From: Promethearchaeota archaeon
Lineage (GTDB): Archaea; Asgardarchaeota; Lokiarchaeia; Sigyniarchaeales; SOKP01
NCBI GenBank assembly: GCA_016840085.1
Contig: JAEOTA010000054.1
Location: 64,001-128,000, forward strand
Length of the DNA stretch: 64,000 nucleotides
Reading direction: 5' to 3'
In this document: in pieces, positions 1-10,030 of the stretch
Layout: every line of letters starts with the position of its first letter
How positions within the stretch are numbered: position 1 is the stretch's first letter
Position numbers and translations under genes: made by a program
The notes under the pieces: generated by a model
Told to the model about the DNA's origin: nothing
The model's input: only the letters and a program-made list of their open reading frames with translations
Database searches by the model: none

Positions 1-166
1 CATCTCCATCTGTTTTCAAATAATAAGAATTAAAAATCCGTTTCCACCAATCTTTCCTAACATATTCCTCTAAATTAGTTAGTGGTCCAAGACAATGCGA
101 ATTATTACTTTCCTTCTTATCTAAATTAAAATTTTTTCCTTTATTATTCTCGGTTTGTATATTCAT
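1..166 (-). CDS. 5' end of a gene running off the window; probable SAM-dependent methyltransferase-domain protein
   Basis: Manual translation from ATG at 166 gives MNIQTENNKGKNFNLDKKESNNSHCLGPLTNLEEYVRKDWWKRIFNSYYLKTDGD, open to the edge. The LGP..LEE...DWW..IFNS.YLKTD pattern is recalled from the N-terminus of a methyltransferase family (some fused to D-Ala-D-Ala-ligase-like domains). Not in the ORF track. Confidence 0.55.
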   Translation of the reverse strand, partial: MNIQTENNKGKNFNLDKKESNNSHCLGPLTNLEEYVRKDWWKRIFNSYYLKTDGD

Positions 167-792
167 TTTTTTTATTATTTATTTTTTATTATAAAATGTT
201 ATTGGATTGCTATTTAAACTTGAAATAATATAATTAACATGTAATTTTTCTTGAAATATTCTATCATAAACCCCGTGTAAATTAACAAAGTTTTTTCTAA
301 GCACAATATTGTATGTATACAATATACCTTAAAATTTTGATGTATTTAATTTCAATATTATATAGATTTGACTTTTTTTTATTTAAATAAACCATTCTAT
401 TTGAAATCAAATAAAATCAACCTTGTTTATAAATCTTTCTATTAGTATCTATTAAGAGTAAGATAACATATGAAGCCTTTTTCTGATATTATTTTAAATA
501 TATCCCTTCATTCTATTCAAATTTTTCAATTAATTATTAAAAAAGAATAATATAAATCACGTTGTTATATTAGAGTCTTTTTAGATTTTATATTGGAATA
601 TATCTAAACAAGAGATATCAATAAGGAATTCGCTGAAATTGTCAAATCTATTAATGAATCAGATATCGTCATGTTAGAATATAAAAACAAAAATATCACT
701 TATATTCCCTTGGCAGAAATAAGTATAGTCACAGAGCGCTTATAATAATTTTTCTCTTTAAATTAGTTTTTTACAAATTTTATTTCAATGAA

Positions 793-1380
793 TTACTTCT
801 TTCGCCTTTTTAAAAGTTCCCACCTTGTCTTTGTTCTTGGAGGAAAAATGCCTCCTTTCACCGATTGTACATGTTCAATTGAAATAAATGCATTAGGTCT
901 AATTTCCCTTAAGATTTCTAATATGATAGCTAAATTTTTACGTTTAATTATCATTATTAACAATTTCACATTTCCTTTAATACCTTCAGCAGTCATAGTA
1001 GTTAAGCCATAACCTTGATTTTTTAATATATTAATTAAATCTTCTGGATCATCTTCTAAGACAATATGAAGACTCAATAATCCTAATGAGATTTTGTTTT
1101 CAACAATGAGACCCACATAATTCCCCATAGCAAAGCCTCCTGCATAAGCAACATAATAGATTATATTACTCAAATCGCTAAAAATTTGACCAATAGCTAA
1201 TAACCAAATAAAAATCTCGAAAAAACCAACAATTGGTGCTAATTTACGCCTTCCTTGAGAGATAAAAACAATTCTTAAAGTACCAAGAGTCACATCAACA
1301 ACTCTAGCTGAGAAAATTAAAAATGGTAATATAATTAAAGAAAATATCTGATTATCTGTCCAAATCATTGATAAACTCAT
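793..1380 (-). CDS. UPF0316/DUF2179-type membrane protein
   Basis: ARVVDVTLGTLR, GFFEIFIW and YAGGFAMGNYVG motifs, three TM segments, soluble C-terminal domain. Confidence 0.85.
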   Translation of the reverse strand: MSLSMIWTDNQIFSLIILPFLIFSARVVDVTLGTLRIVFISQGRRKLAPIVGFFEIFIWLLAIGQIFSDLSNIIYYVAYAGGFAMGNYVGLIVENKISLGLLSLHIVLEDDPEDLINILKNQGYGLTTMTAEGIKGNVKLLIMIIKRKNLAIILEILREIRPNAFISIEHVQSVKGGIFPPRTKTRWELLKRRKK

Positions 1381-1538
1381 AAACCCTAGAATTACTTTTA
1401 ATTATTCTATCAATTCTATTATCTAAAAAACTCTACTATATTTTTAGTTAGTTTAAAAAAATTAAATTTATAGAAAATGAATAATTAAATCTAGTCAAAA
1501 AATATATATCTCCTTTTCATGTAATAAATATGCTTAAA

Positions 1539-2750
1539 TTATATAAAAAGGTCTGAAGTAGAGAAATCTCTTATTTTTTTTATCATAATTTTATTTACAG
1601 CTTTCAAGAAATCATCATTAGAAATTATATCAGAATCCCTTCTGATAGTATGCATTCCCGCTTCTGTACAAATACCTTTAATATCTGAACCTGTAGCACC
1701 CTCAGTAAGAGAAACTAAAACTTTAATATTTATATTTTGTTCCAAATTAAGCTTTCTCATATGAATTTTAAATATTGATTCTCTCGCTTCTTCATTAGGT
1801 AAAGGAAATTCTATTATCCTATCAAATCGACCAGGTCTCAATAATGCTGGATCTAATATATCAATTCTATTTGTTGCGGCAATAAATTTAACGTCTCCTC
1901 TCTGATCAAATCCATCTAATTCACTCAATAGTTGCATTAACGTTCTGTTGACTTCTCTATCACCTGAAGTTGCATCTTCCATCCTTACAGCACCTATAGC
2001 ATCTAATTCGTCAATAAATAAGATAGAAGGTGCTTTTTGTCTTGCTAAATTGAAAATTTCTCGTACATATTGAGCACCCTCACCAATGAATTTTTGTACT
2101 AATTCAGAGCCAATCACTTTTATAAATGTTGCGTTTGTTTCATGAGCAACTGCTTTTGCTAATAAAGTTTTACCTGTTCCAGGATATCCATGAAAAAGGA
2201 CACCTTTAGGGGGTTCTATCCCAATTTTTTTAAATAACTCTGGTTTTTTTAATGGTAATTCTACGACTTCTCTAACTTCTTGAATTTGCTCATTTAATCC
2301 TCCAATATGATCATATGAAACATCAATTAGATTATCTATTATCTCCATCCCTCTGATAAATGGATCCAATTCTTTTGGTAAAATTTCCATTACTGTATAA
2401 TTTCTTTGATTCAATGCTACATTTAATCCAGGAATTATTTTCTCCTTTTGTAATTTATGACTTAACTTAACAATATAACAAGCATTAGTAGTGCATTTTA
2501 TTACAACTCGTTCGATTTTATCATCTAAAATGTCAGTTATTTGTCCTGTCAATAATGGAGGTTCACATAAACGATCTATCTCTGATCTCAGATTCTTTAC
2601 TTCATACTCCAACCTTGATAATTCAGATCTTACTATATTTTTTTCTAGTTCAATATCTTTAATTTTTTTCTCAAGATGATTAATATATGAAGTAGTCTTC
2701 TCAGTATTCTCCGGTTGTTTTTTTCTATTATCAATTTCTGGTGAGTTCAT
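1539..2750 (-). CDS. pan: Proteasome-activating nucleotidase (AAA+ ATPase)
   Basis: N-terminal coiled coil and OB region, GIEPPKGVLFHGYPGTGKT (Walker A), pore loop KFIGEG, FIDELD (Walker B), SRH DPALLRPGRFDR. Confidence 0.93.
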   Translation of the reverse strand: MNSPEIDNRKKQPENTEKTTSYINHLEKKIKDIELEKNIVRSELSRLEYEVKNLRSEIDRLCEPPLLTGQITDILDDKIERVVIKCTTNACYIVKLSHKLQKEKIIPGLNVALNQRNYTVMEILPKELDPFIRGMEIIDNLIDVSYDHIGGLNEQIQEVREVVELPLKKPELFKKIGIEPPKGVLFHGYPGTGKTLLAKAVAHETNATFIKVIGSELVQKFIGEGAQYVREIFNLARQKAPSILFIDELDAIGAVRMEDATSGDREVNRTLMQLLSELDGFDQRGDVKFIAATNRIDILDPALLRPGRFDRIIEFPLPNEEARESIFKIHMRKLNLEQNINIKVLVSLTEGATGSDIKGICTEAGMHTIRRDSDIISNDDFLKAVNKIMIKKIRDFSTSDLFI

Positions 2751-3379
2751 CTGTTTTTTAAAACTTTTTAATTATACTCAGAATTTTAATCTATTTTTTT
2801 TAAAAAATGTCTGTGGAAATATCTTTACTTTTTATTATTTTTGCGCTAATATAATATATCCTTCATATAATAGATTTTCTATAGCTTTGGGTTATAAATG
2901 TAAAATTATGTTTAATTTAATTTAAAGTTAATATCTGAAATTAAATATAACCAAACCAATTTATAAATTTTTTTAAACCATATGTTATAAGTAAAAAAAA
3001 TTTAATGGATTTATATCTATTCATTTTAATGATTGAATGCCTTTACATTTATTATTAGAACTTTATTTGTATCAAGAAGATAAATGTTAATTGGATTAAA
3101 TATTCTCTTATCATTTAATATAAATTTTAGAAAATTGTGCGATTTCTCTGATAATAACTTTACGATTCCTTTTAAAATCAAAAAAACAAAGTAGTAATTT
3201 GATTTTAAAAATTTTTATCAAAAATACATAATTTTCTAAGTTCAATTACAAAAAAAATTCTTGCGAAAGAAAAGAAGGTTAAAAATCTATGATTTTTCAG
3301 TTATCCATATCTAAATTTATAAAGAAATTTGGCTAAAAAATTCGTAATAATTTTTTGGAAAGAAAATTTGTTAAAAATA

Positions 3380-5683
3380 ATGAGTACTGAGGAATTTAAA
3401 TTTTCAGATAAGACAATTCTAATTGAAAAGAGAGAGAAATTTGGTTCTTTTTATAAAATTAAGTCTTACAAAACTAAACTAAAACTAATGGAAGATCGAA
3501 AAATTCCTCAAAAAAAAATTGATGTTGTATTTAACCATTTATTTTTTAAAGATAGACTTATCTCAAGTAAAACTAAAAATTCTATTTCTAAGATAATCTA
3601 TTCTCAAAATGATAGAATTATTGTAGCAATAACGCAACATGGAAAAGATATAATAACAAATCGGGATAAATTAATCAAAAATTATGGATGGTTCTTTTTT
3701 GTATCTGAAACAGATAAAGAAGAAGTTACACCTAAAAAAAAGAAATCTAAAAAAAAGGATGAGAAAAAAGAAGAAAAAACAATTAGTATAGAAGAGTTCC
3801 AATATGACGACTTAATCATTCCTTTAAAACAAAAGGAAAACATGCGAGCACTATATATGACCAAAGAATATAGATATTATTTAAAATTAATCAAATCAGA
3901 GAATATATCTCAAACTCCTATAAGAGATGTTCTTAATGATTTTTTTTTAAATAATACATTAATTCCAAAGGAAGAGAAACAAGGAATTAAAAAAATCATC
4001 TATTATAGAAAAGAAAAGGTCATCGTCATTAAATCACTTATTGGTGATGATATGTATGAAAACCTAGAGAATCTAGTGAAAGAATATGGATGGTACTTTT
4101 ATATAACGGGCGTACCTGTTGGAAAAAGTGACCTTTCAATTGCCATCGATAAAATTGAAAAAAGATTTGATATGGATTATTTTTCTAAAGTCTCCCTCAT
4201 AGAAAAATCAAGCAACCCCAAGGATATTAGGGTAACTATATATCCTATTGTTCTAAAGCCAAACCATAATTGTCATATTTTAGGTTTAGGAAATATTAAT
4301 ATCTTGTTGGATTGTGGTCTTTCAGAGAAAGATGAAGAAAATGAACAAGAAGGTGATATAAGATATATAGAAGAATATCTTCAGAATTTAACGCATTTTA
4401 TCTTAGAAGAGGAGAAAAATAGAAAAAATATTTCAGATGAAGAATCGGATGAGTTAATTTTAGATAATTTTCCTGATAATCCTAAAATTGACGCGATTTT
4501 TATATCGCATAGCCATTATGATCATCTCTCAGGACTTAAAGAATTAATTAAAATATTTCCAGATATTCCTATTTTGTGTTCTCGCATAACATTAGATTTA
4601 TACTTACTTAGAGATTCAAATTTTTTAAAACAAGAAAATTATGAGGAAATAGAAGAAGAAGAATATCAAAATATAATTAGAAATGTTATTTATGTTGAAA
4701 ATGGCACTAAGATAGAATTTAAAGAAAATAAATGTTTTCTTTCTTTTTATCACGCAGGACATATGCCTGGTGCATTAATGATGTTAGCTAAAGCAAATGA
4801 TTTTAGATTTCTTTACACAGGAGATTATACTTATTATGATATAACACCATTCGCAGGAACAAGACGTTTTTTAGATCAAGTTCCTCGTCCAATAGATTAT
4901 TTATTAATTGATGGAACTAGTGCACGGGAGGACTTTGGCAATATCTCTGATCAATTTCATAGTTTAATCTTATTTTTAGAACAAAAAGCAGAATATGGAG
5001 ATAATTCTTTGATTGGAGCAGATCCCTCAAGTTTAGCAATAAGTTTTATGTTAATCTTCTGGAGATATTTTAGAAAATTACAGCTGAGACGAGGTTTTAA
5101 AAAACGTCCTAATATATATGTAGATATGATGGTTAGAAAAAATATTCAGGTTATTAATCATCGGTATGAATATATTTATGGTCCGATTTCAAGACTAATT
5201 CGAGATAAAGCAAATCCTTTTAACAGCATAAAATTTAGATGGTTTGATCATACTAATCTAAATTTTCTACGTAAGAAAAATAACATAATAATTTCACATC
5301 CACCTGATCTTTCTTATGGGTTAATAAGAAATATTATTAATGTTGTAGGACGAAATCCACACAATTTTGTTTTTCTAGCCGGATCAATCCATGATCCTCC
5401 CGGATCAGATTTAATCGAAGGTGCTGAAGAGATTGAATTTTCTGAGACATGGAAAATGCCTTTTCGGGCATTGTTACTCAACACTTTTGCACCTCATATT
5501 AAAATTAAGCTCCATGCGGATAAAAATCAACTTAAAGAAATGATAAAAACCTTGGAACCAAAAGAGGTATGTTTTTTCCATCAGTCAGCTAAAAAATTAA
5601 CTGAAGTAGTTGAATATGTAAAAGAATTAGGAGTTGATAAAGTCTCTCTACCCGTAAAAAGAAAGCTTCTAATATTGAATTAA
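3380..5683 (+). CDS. MBL-fold beta-CASP ribonuclease-like protein (aCPSF-like) with a duplicated N-terminal KH-like region
   Basis: LLDCG, SHSHYDH, HAGH, LYTGDY, IDGT, LHAD and FFH motifs. ATG at 3380 preferred over TTG at 3329. Confidence 0.75.
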   Translation: MSTEEFKFSDKTILIEKREKFGSFYKIKSYKTKLKLMEDRKIPQKKIDVVFNHLFFKDRLISSKTKNSISKIIYSQNDRIIVAITQHGKDIITNRDKLIKNYGWFFFVSETDKEEVTPKKKKSKKKDEKKEEKTISIEEFQYDDLIIPLKQKENMRALYMTKEYRYYLKLIKSENISQTPIRDVLNDFFLNNTLIPKEEKQGIKKIIYYRKEKVIVIKSLIGDDMYENLENLVKEYGWYFYITGVPVGKSDLSIAIDKIEKRFDMDYFSKVSLIEKSSNPKDIRVTIYPIVLKPNHNCHILGLGNINILLDCGLSEKDEENEQEGDIRYIEEYLQNLTHFILEEEKNRKNISDEESDELILDNFPDNPKIDAIFISHSHYDHLSGLKELIKIFPDIPILCSRITLDLYLLRDSNFLKQENYEEIEEEEYQNIIRNVIYVENGTKIEFKENKCFLSFYHAGHMPGALMMLAKANDFRFLYTGDYTYYDITPFAGTRRFLDQVPRPIDYLLIDGTSAREDFGNISDQFHSLILFLEQKAEYGDNSLIGADPSSLAISFMLIFWRYFRKLQLRRGFKKRPNIYVDMMVRKNIQVINHRYEYIYGPISRLIRDKANPFNSIKFRWFDHTNLNFLRKKNNIIISHPPDLSYGLIRNIINVVGRNPHNFVFLAGSIHDPPGSDLIEGAEEIEFSETWKMPFRALLLNTFAPHIKIKLHADKNQLKEMIKTLEPKEVCFFHQSAKKLTEVVEYVKELGVDKVSLPVKRKLLILN

Positions 5684-5710
5684 GAATTTTAAAAAAAAAA
5701 AAATTTTAGT

Positions 5711-6076
5711 TTATTCAGTAAAATCTCCTAGATCTTTTATAGCCATAAAATCACCCAAAAATGCTCTTTTTAGGAGTTCAGAAGCATTTTCCCATAGATT
5801 CTTTAAAACAGTTTGTACATTTATCATATCTTCCTTATTTTTAAATTCAATAGTAATTTTTTGAGATTCTTCATCTACATTTATATCCATTTGAATGTCT
5901 TCTGTTAAACCCCCAATTACTTTAAGCATGTCTTTTACTTCACTCTCTTTACCTAATTCATCCTTTCTTTTTTTTTCTCCTTTAAAATCTAAACTAATTT
6001 TAAGTTTTGTATCATCTATATTGATTGACACTTGTTCTTTTAACATATCTTTTAATCCATCTATTATATTTTCCAT
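5711..6076 (-). CDS. Hypothetical protein (acidic, 121 aa)
   Basis: Clean ORF with GGAGG SD upstream, directly downstream of the hydrolase gene on the same strand. Confidence 0.7.
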   Translation of the reverse strand: MENIIDGLKDMLKEQVSINIDDTKLKISLDFKGEKKRKDELGKESEVKDMLKVIGGLTEDIQMDINVDEESQKITIEFKNKEDMINVQTVLKNLWENASELLKRAFLGDFMAIKDLGDFTE

Positions 6077-6099
6077 ATTAAATCCTCCTTCTTTAACTA

Positions 6100-7923
6100 T
6101 TATTCTTTTTTTTTAATGGGAATATCAATACGGGACGCGTAAGAGGCATTTCGTGCAATAGTGATAGTAGGTTTTCCATCAGGTGGGTATTTTCTAAAAG
6201 TGTCTTTATCAGCTCCCGCGATGGCAAGTTTAAGTCTATGTCCTTTTCGAATAAGGACAGACGTCGGTCGAAATCCGAAAGTTACTTCTGTGATTTCCCC
6301 CGGTATCATTGGAGAGGCATCCTTCTTTTTAAAAGAATGGTAGGGGATTAATATTTCATATGGGGGTGTATCCGTGGATATTTTACGGTGAATTAGTCTT
6401 AAATTTCCATCTGTAAAATAATGTATGTTTCCATTATCATCTACTTCTTCTAAATAAGCAAATATTGCTCCATCATCGTGAGTTGATCTAAGAAATAATG
6501 TAATCGTCGCATGACCTGTGATCTCTACATCTTCTTCAAAAGGCGGACTCGTATATGTCAATAACTTTTTATCTGCTTTTTCTCTATTTGAGTAATCAAT
6601 TGGTAAACCTAATAATGTCCACCACCTATTTAATCTACCAGATGTGGCGGTAAAGCTTACTTTATAATTATCTTCTCCAGCATCATTTTCAGGTTTCTTT
6701 GTAGTTATGGTATTATTTTCAGATAAATACCACTTCATTCTTGTAAATCCTTCAGGTGGCCAAACATGAGTTTTCTTCCATTTTTCTTCTCCCATTGTGT
6801 AATAATACATTGTTTTTCCTTTAATTCCCTCTCCATATAGAATTGAGTCAAAAAAATCAATCCATGTAGTAATACGCTCTTTTGGAGAAGGAGTGACTTC
6901 GGGTTTATCCGGAATTAAAGGATCAGCAGGATATGAAGCTCCATGATTCCATGCTCCAATTATTGCAATGTGAGGATTTTTCAAATTTATAAACCTATTT
7001 ATGTGAGCATCAATATAAGCTGAATCTAACCAAGCACACCAACTCAATATATGCACATTAGATTTTTCAAGCTGATCTTGGTAAATAAAAGAACTAATCT
7101 CATCTGGTGTTGTCCCATCTGGAAGAGAATCATCTCGAAAATCTTTATCATGAAGTAAATCATAGACATATTCATTTGAAAGATGTTCTTCCTTAGTTTC
7201 CTCTAATTTTTTCTGATCTATATCAATATCAATAGGTTTTACCCCTTTCATCAATAACCATAAGTACGGAATTAGTTCTTTAAAGCCTTTAGAATTGTTT
7301 TGATCAAGATTTCTTCCTACAAAGGACCAAAGTTGTATAAATGCTTGATCAAAACAGCCTCCAGGAAAAGCGACATCAGTATAAGCATCCCATAACCCGT
7401 GACCCGGCATAATAGCTTTGACAGCGGGATGATTATTTACTGCTAACTGTTCCGCAGTTGTTCCAGTATAAGATATTCCATTAGAAACAACATTTCCATC
7501 TGACCAAGGTTGAGAAATAATCCATTCTACAATATCAGCGCCATCTTTAACTTCTTCTTTTGAAAATGGATAAGGTCTTGATCCAAAAGAAGCACCACAT
7601 CCTCTCACGTCTACATACACTATTGCATAACCACGCTTAGTGAATAATGTAGGTGAGGGTGTAAAAATTGATGTTTCTTTAAGTACCCATCGAAAAGGAA
7701 TTCTAAGTTTTGCAGCTCTCCAATATCTTGTTTGATATAATAATGTAGGAAGTTTTTCTTCGGGATCTATTCCTTTAGGAAGACATATTGTTACAGCAAT
7801 TTTCACCGTATCTCTCATAGGAATATGGATATTACTGGTTGTATAATCTTTATAGGTCTTTCTTTGTGGAAAATTCCACTTCAGATGAAATGGATTATTA
7901 CCACTTTCGATATTTTTACTCAT
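6100..7923 (-). CDS. CocE/NonD family serine hydrolase (peptidase S15-like)
   Basis: IPMRD, TRYWR, VDVRGCGASFG, nucleophile elbow GISYTG, IGAWNH, C-terminal jelly-roll region (LTYTSPPF..EITG). Confidence 0.9.
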   Translation of the reverse strand: MSKNIESGNNPFHLKWNFPQRKTYKDYTTSNIHIPMRDTVKIAVTICLPKGIDPEEKLPTLLYQTRYWRAAKLRIPFRWVLKETSIFTPSPTLFTKRGYAIVYVDVRGCGASFGSRPYPFSKEEVKDGADIVEWIISQPWSDGNVVSNGISYTGTTAEQLAVNNHPAVKAIMPGHGLWDAYTDVAFPGGCFDQAFIQLWSFVGRNLDQNNSKGFKELIPYLWLLMKGVKPIDIDIDQKKLEETKEEHLSNEYVYDLLHDKDFRDDSLPDGTTPDEISSFIYQDQLEKSNVHILSWCAWLDSAYIDAHINRFINLKNPHIAIIGAWNHGASYPADPLIPDKPEVTPSPKERITTWIDFFDSILYGEGIKGKTMYYYTMGEEKWKKTHVWPPEGFTRMKWYLSENNTITTKKPENDAGEDNYKVSFTATSGRLNRWWTLLGLPIDYSNREKADKKLLTYTSPPFEEDVEITGHATITLFLRSTHDDGAIFAYLEEVDDNGNIHYFTDGNLRLIHRKISTDTPPYEILIPYHSFKKKDASPMIPGEITEVTFGFRPTSVLIRKGHRLKLAIAGADKDTFRKYPPDGKPTITIARNASYASRIDIPIKKKE

Positions 7924-8103
7924 ATTTGTTTCTCTAATCCTAATTTTAATTCATAAAATAATATAATACTATTTTTATCTTCTGTTATTTATTAAGTTAC
8001 TTCTTCTGATAATTAATTGAATTGATTAGGTGTAAACCATAAATCTTTAAGGAAATGATCTCTTATACATCATAGAACTAAATTGTTGATAAGGTGCATA
8101 AAG

Positions 8104-8484
8104 ATTTACTCTGATAAAGTCATGGAACACTTTAAAAATCCCCGAAATATGGGTGAAATGAAGGACGCTGATGCGGTAGGCGAATATGGAAATCCTATAT
8201 GTGGTGATTTAATGCATATATATATTAAGGTGAAAGAGATGAATGGACAAAAAATTATTGGTGACATCTCTTTTCAAACTTTTGGTTGCGCTGCTGCTAT
8301 TGCTACATCTTCTATGATTACAGAGATTGCAAAAGGAAAAACTTTAGATGAAGCTTCAAATATTACCAGAGATGATGTAGCTAATTCTTTAGATGGACTA
8401 CCTCCTATTAAATTGCATTGTTCCAATCTCGCTGCTGATGCATTAAAGGCAGCTATTGACAATTATCGAGAAAAGCAAAAGTAA
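8104..8484 (+). CDS. iscU: IscU/NifU-type Fe-S cluster scaffold protein
   Basis: YSDKVMEHFKNPRN, GNPICGD, FGCAAAIA, KLHCSNLA (three conserved Cys). Start uncertain: TTG 8083/8086 or ATT 8104 behind AAGGTG. Confidence 0.9.
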   Translation: MYSDKVMEHFKNPRNMGEMKDADAVGEYGNPICGDLMHIYIKVKEMNGQKIIGDISFQTFGCAAAIATSSMITEIAKGKTLDEASNITRDDVANSLDGLPPIKLHCSNLAADALKAAIDNYREKQK

Positions 8485-8532
8485 AATTCTTTTTACCTTT
8501 CAATTAGAAATAAAAGTTTATTCTTTACTATT

Positions 8533-9404
8533 ATGGAATTTTCTAAACCAATAATTGATATAATTCAAGAGCGAATATCTCATAGAACTTATTCTGGACA
8601 CTCTCTTGAAAAAGATCTAAGAGAAAAGGTACTAAATTTATTGAAAAATCATGATTCGATAAGTCCTTTTAGTGAATATGCTGGAAAAGCAAGATTTAGG
8701 CTTTTAAGCATTCCAGAGTTTAACTCTAAAGAAAAGAAAAAGTTAGGGACTTATGGATTTATAAAGGGTGCTCAAGATTTTATTGTAGGAGCAGTTGAAA
8801 AATCTCAGTACAGTCGAGAACATTATGGATATCTTATGGAAACTATTATCTTAGGTGCCACAGATTTGGGGTTAGGTACATGTTGGTTAGGTGGTTTTTT
8901 TAACAGAAGTCTTTTTGCTTCGAAAATTAATTGTACATCAGATGAAATCGTACCTGCTATTACTCCCATTGGATATTCTACTCAGAGAACAGTTAGAGAA
9001 AAAATTATTCGATCATTTGCTAAAGCTGATAAACGATTGCCATGGGACCAATTATTTTTTGAAGGAAATCATAATGTCTTTCTGACTGAGGATAAAGCAG
9101 AAGAATATTCAAAATTACTTGAAATGATTAGATTAGGCCATCTGCGGGAAATAAGCAACCTTGGCGGATAATTAAGGGACCTAACAGAAAAATTTTTCAT
9201 TTTTATACGATTAATCCTAAAGATGGACGCTTTTTGCATTATAGCAAATTTCGACCTATAGATATTGGAATAGCAGTTAGTCACTTTGATCTTACGGCAA
9301 AAGAATTAGGTATCAATGGAGAATGGATATTTGAAAATCCTCAGGTTCCTGAAGCAGAGAATTTATTATATAAGATTACTTGGAATGGGGATAACAAAAA
9401 ATAA
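8533..9404 (+). pseudogene. Nitroreductase family protein (two-domain type) interrupted by a 1-nt frameshift at ~9136-9138 (real or sequencing error)
   Basis: The ORF-track frame ends EMIRLG-HLRE...stop. Reading from CCA at 9138 gives PSAGNKQPWRII...IDIGIAVSHFDL...W to TAA at 9402-9404, the expected nitroreductase continuation. Confidence 0.8.
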
Positions 9405-9545
9405 TCCACCCAATAATTAGTGTTTTTTCTAAAAGTAAAGTTGATAAAAATATTTTAAATTATTATCAATAACTATAATTACTGAATGTAGTAATTTATC
9501 TTAAGAGAATATACTTTAAATTTTGAAAATAAAAGGAGTTAAAAA

Positions 9546-9782
9546 ATGATCTTCAATATTTTGCACACATATCCATTGGGACCATATCATTGGGTTTTCA
9601 TGTTAGTGGGAGGTTTAATTTATTTTGTATTAAGCCTATTTATCGCTAAATATATGCATAAAGATGCAATCAAGAGAGGAATCAAAAATAGTGAATTCTG
9701 GCTATTAATAGGTTTTATCCTTAACGTGATTGGTTTACTACTTTATATCTTTGTTAGGAATAATTACGAAGAAAGAACATAA
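9546..9782 (+). CDS. Small membrane protein (78 aa)
   Basis: Two hydrophobic segments, KDAIKRG..W..I...N.IGLLLY pattern, GGAG SD. Confidence 0.7.
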   Translation: MIFNILHTYPLGPYHWVFMLVGGLIYFVLSLFIAKYMHKDAIKRGIKNSEFWLLIGFILNVIGLLLYIFVRNNYEERT

Positions 9783-10017
9783 GACTTAAGATATGGGTAA
9801 AAAAGCAATTAAATTTCTATTTAATATTTTTTTCTTTTTTGAAATGGAAACATATCAAAATTCTATTGATATCCATATCTAAACCTTTTAAAATACTTCT
9901 AAAAAATAAACTTTAGTAAGAATTTGTCTAAGTTTTACAATTAAAACCTAATAGAAAATTTTCAAATTATAATCAAAAGCTATATTTACGGGGTAAAGTA
10001 ATAAATCATTAGACTTA

Positions 10018-10024
10018 GAGGTGA
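10018..10024 (+). promoter_or_regulatory. SD-like GAGGTGA upstream of copA
   Basis: GAGGTGA lies 6 nt before the in-frame ATA at 10031. Confidence 0.6.
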
Positions 10025-10030
10025 TATGAA

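Noticed and set aside
608-745. Protein-like stretch TRDINKEFAEIVKSINESDIVMLEYKNKNITYIPLAEISIVTERL with an Sm/LSm-like strand pattern
   Set aside because: It is preceded by an in-frame TAA (605-607) with no usable start. It may be a decayed gene, but this cannot be supported without a homology search.
2751-3379. Long AT-rich gap between pan and the beta-CASP gene, examined for an RNA gene, origin repeats or a small ORF
   Set aside because: I saw no GC-rich stems, repeated boxes or credible ORF; it is consistent with divergent promoters.
3302-9883. Identical 14-mer TATCCATATCTAAA at 3302 and 9870, each just before a TATA-like tract
   Set aside because: Only two copies, non-palindromic and AT-rich; such matches are expected by chance in 64 kb of this composition, and the downstream genes are unrelated.
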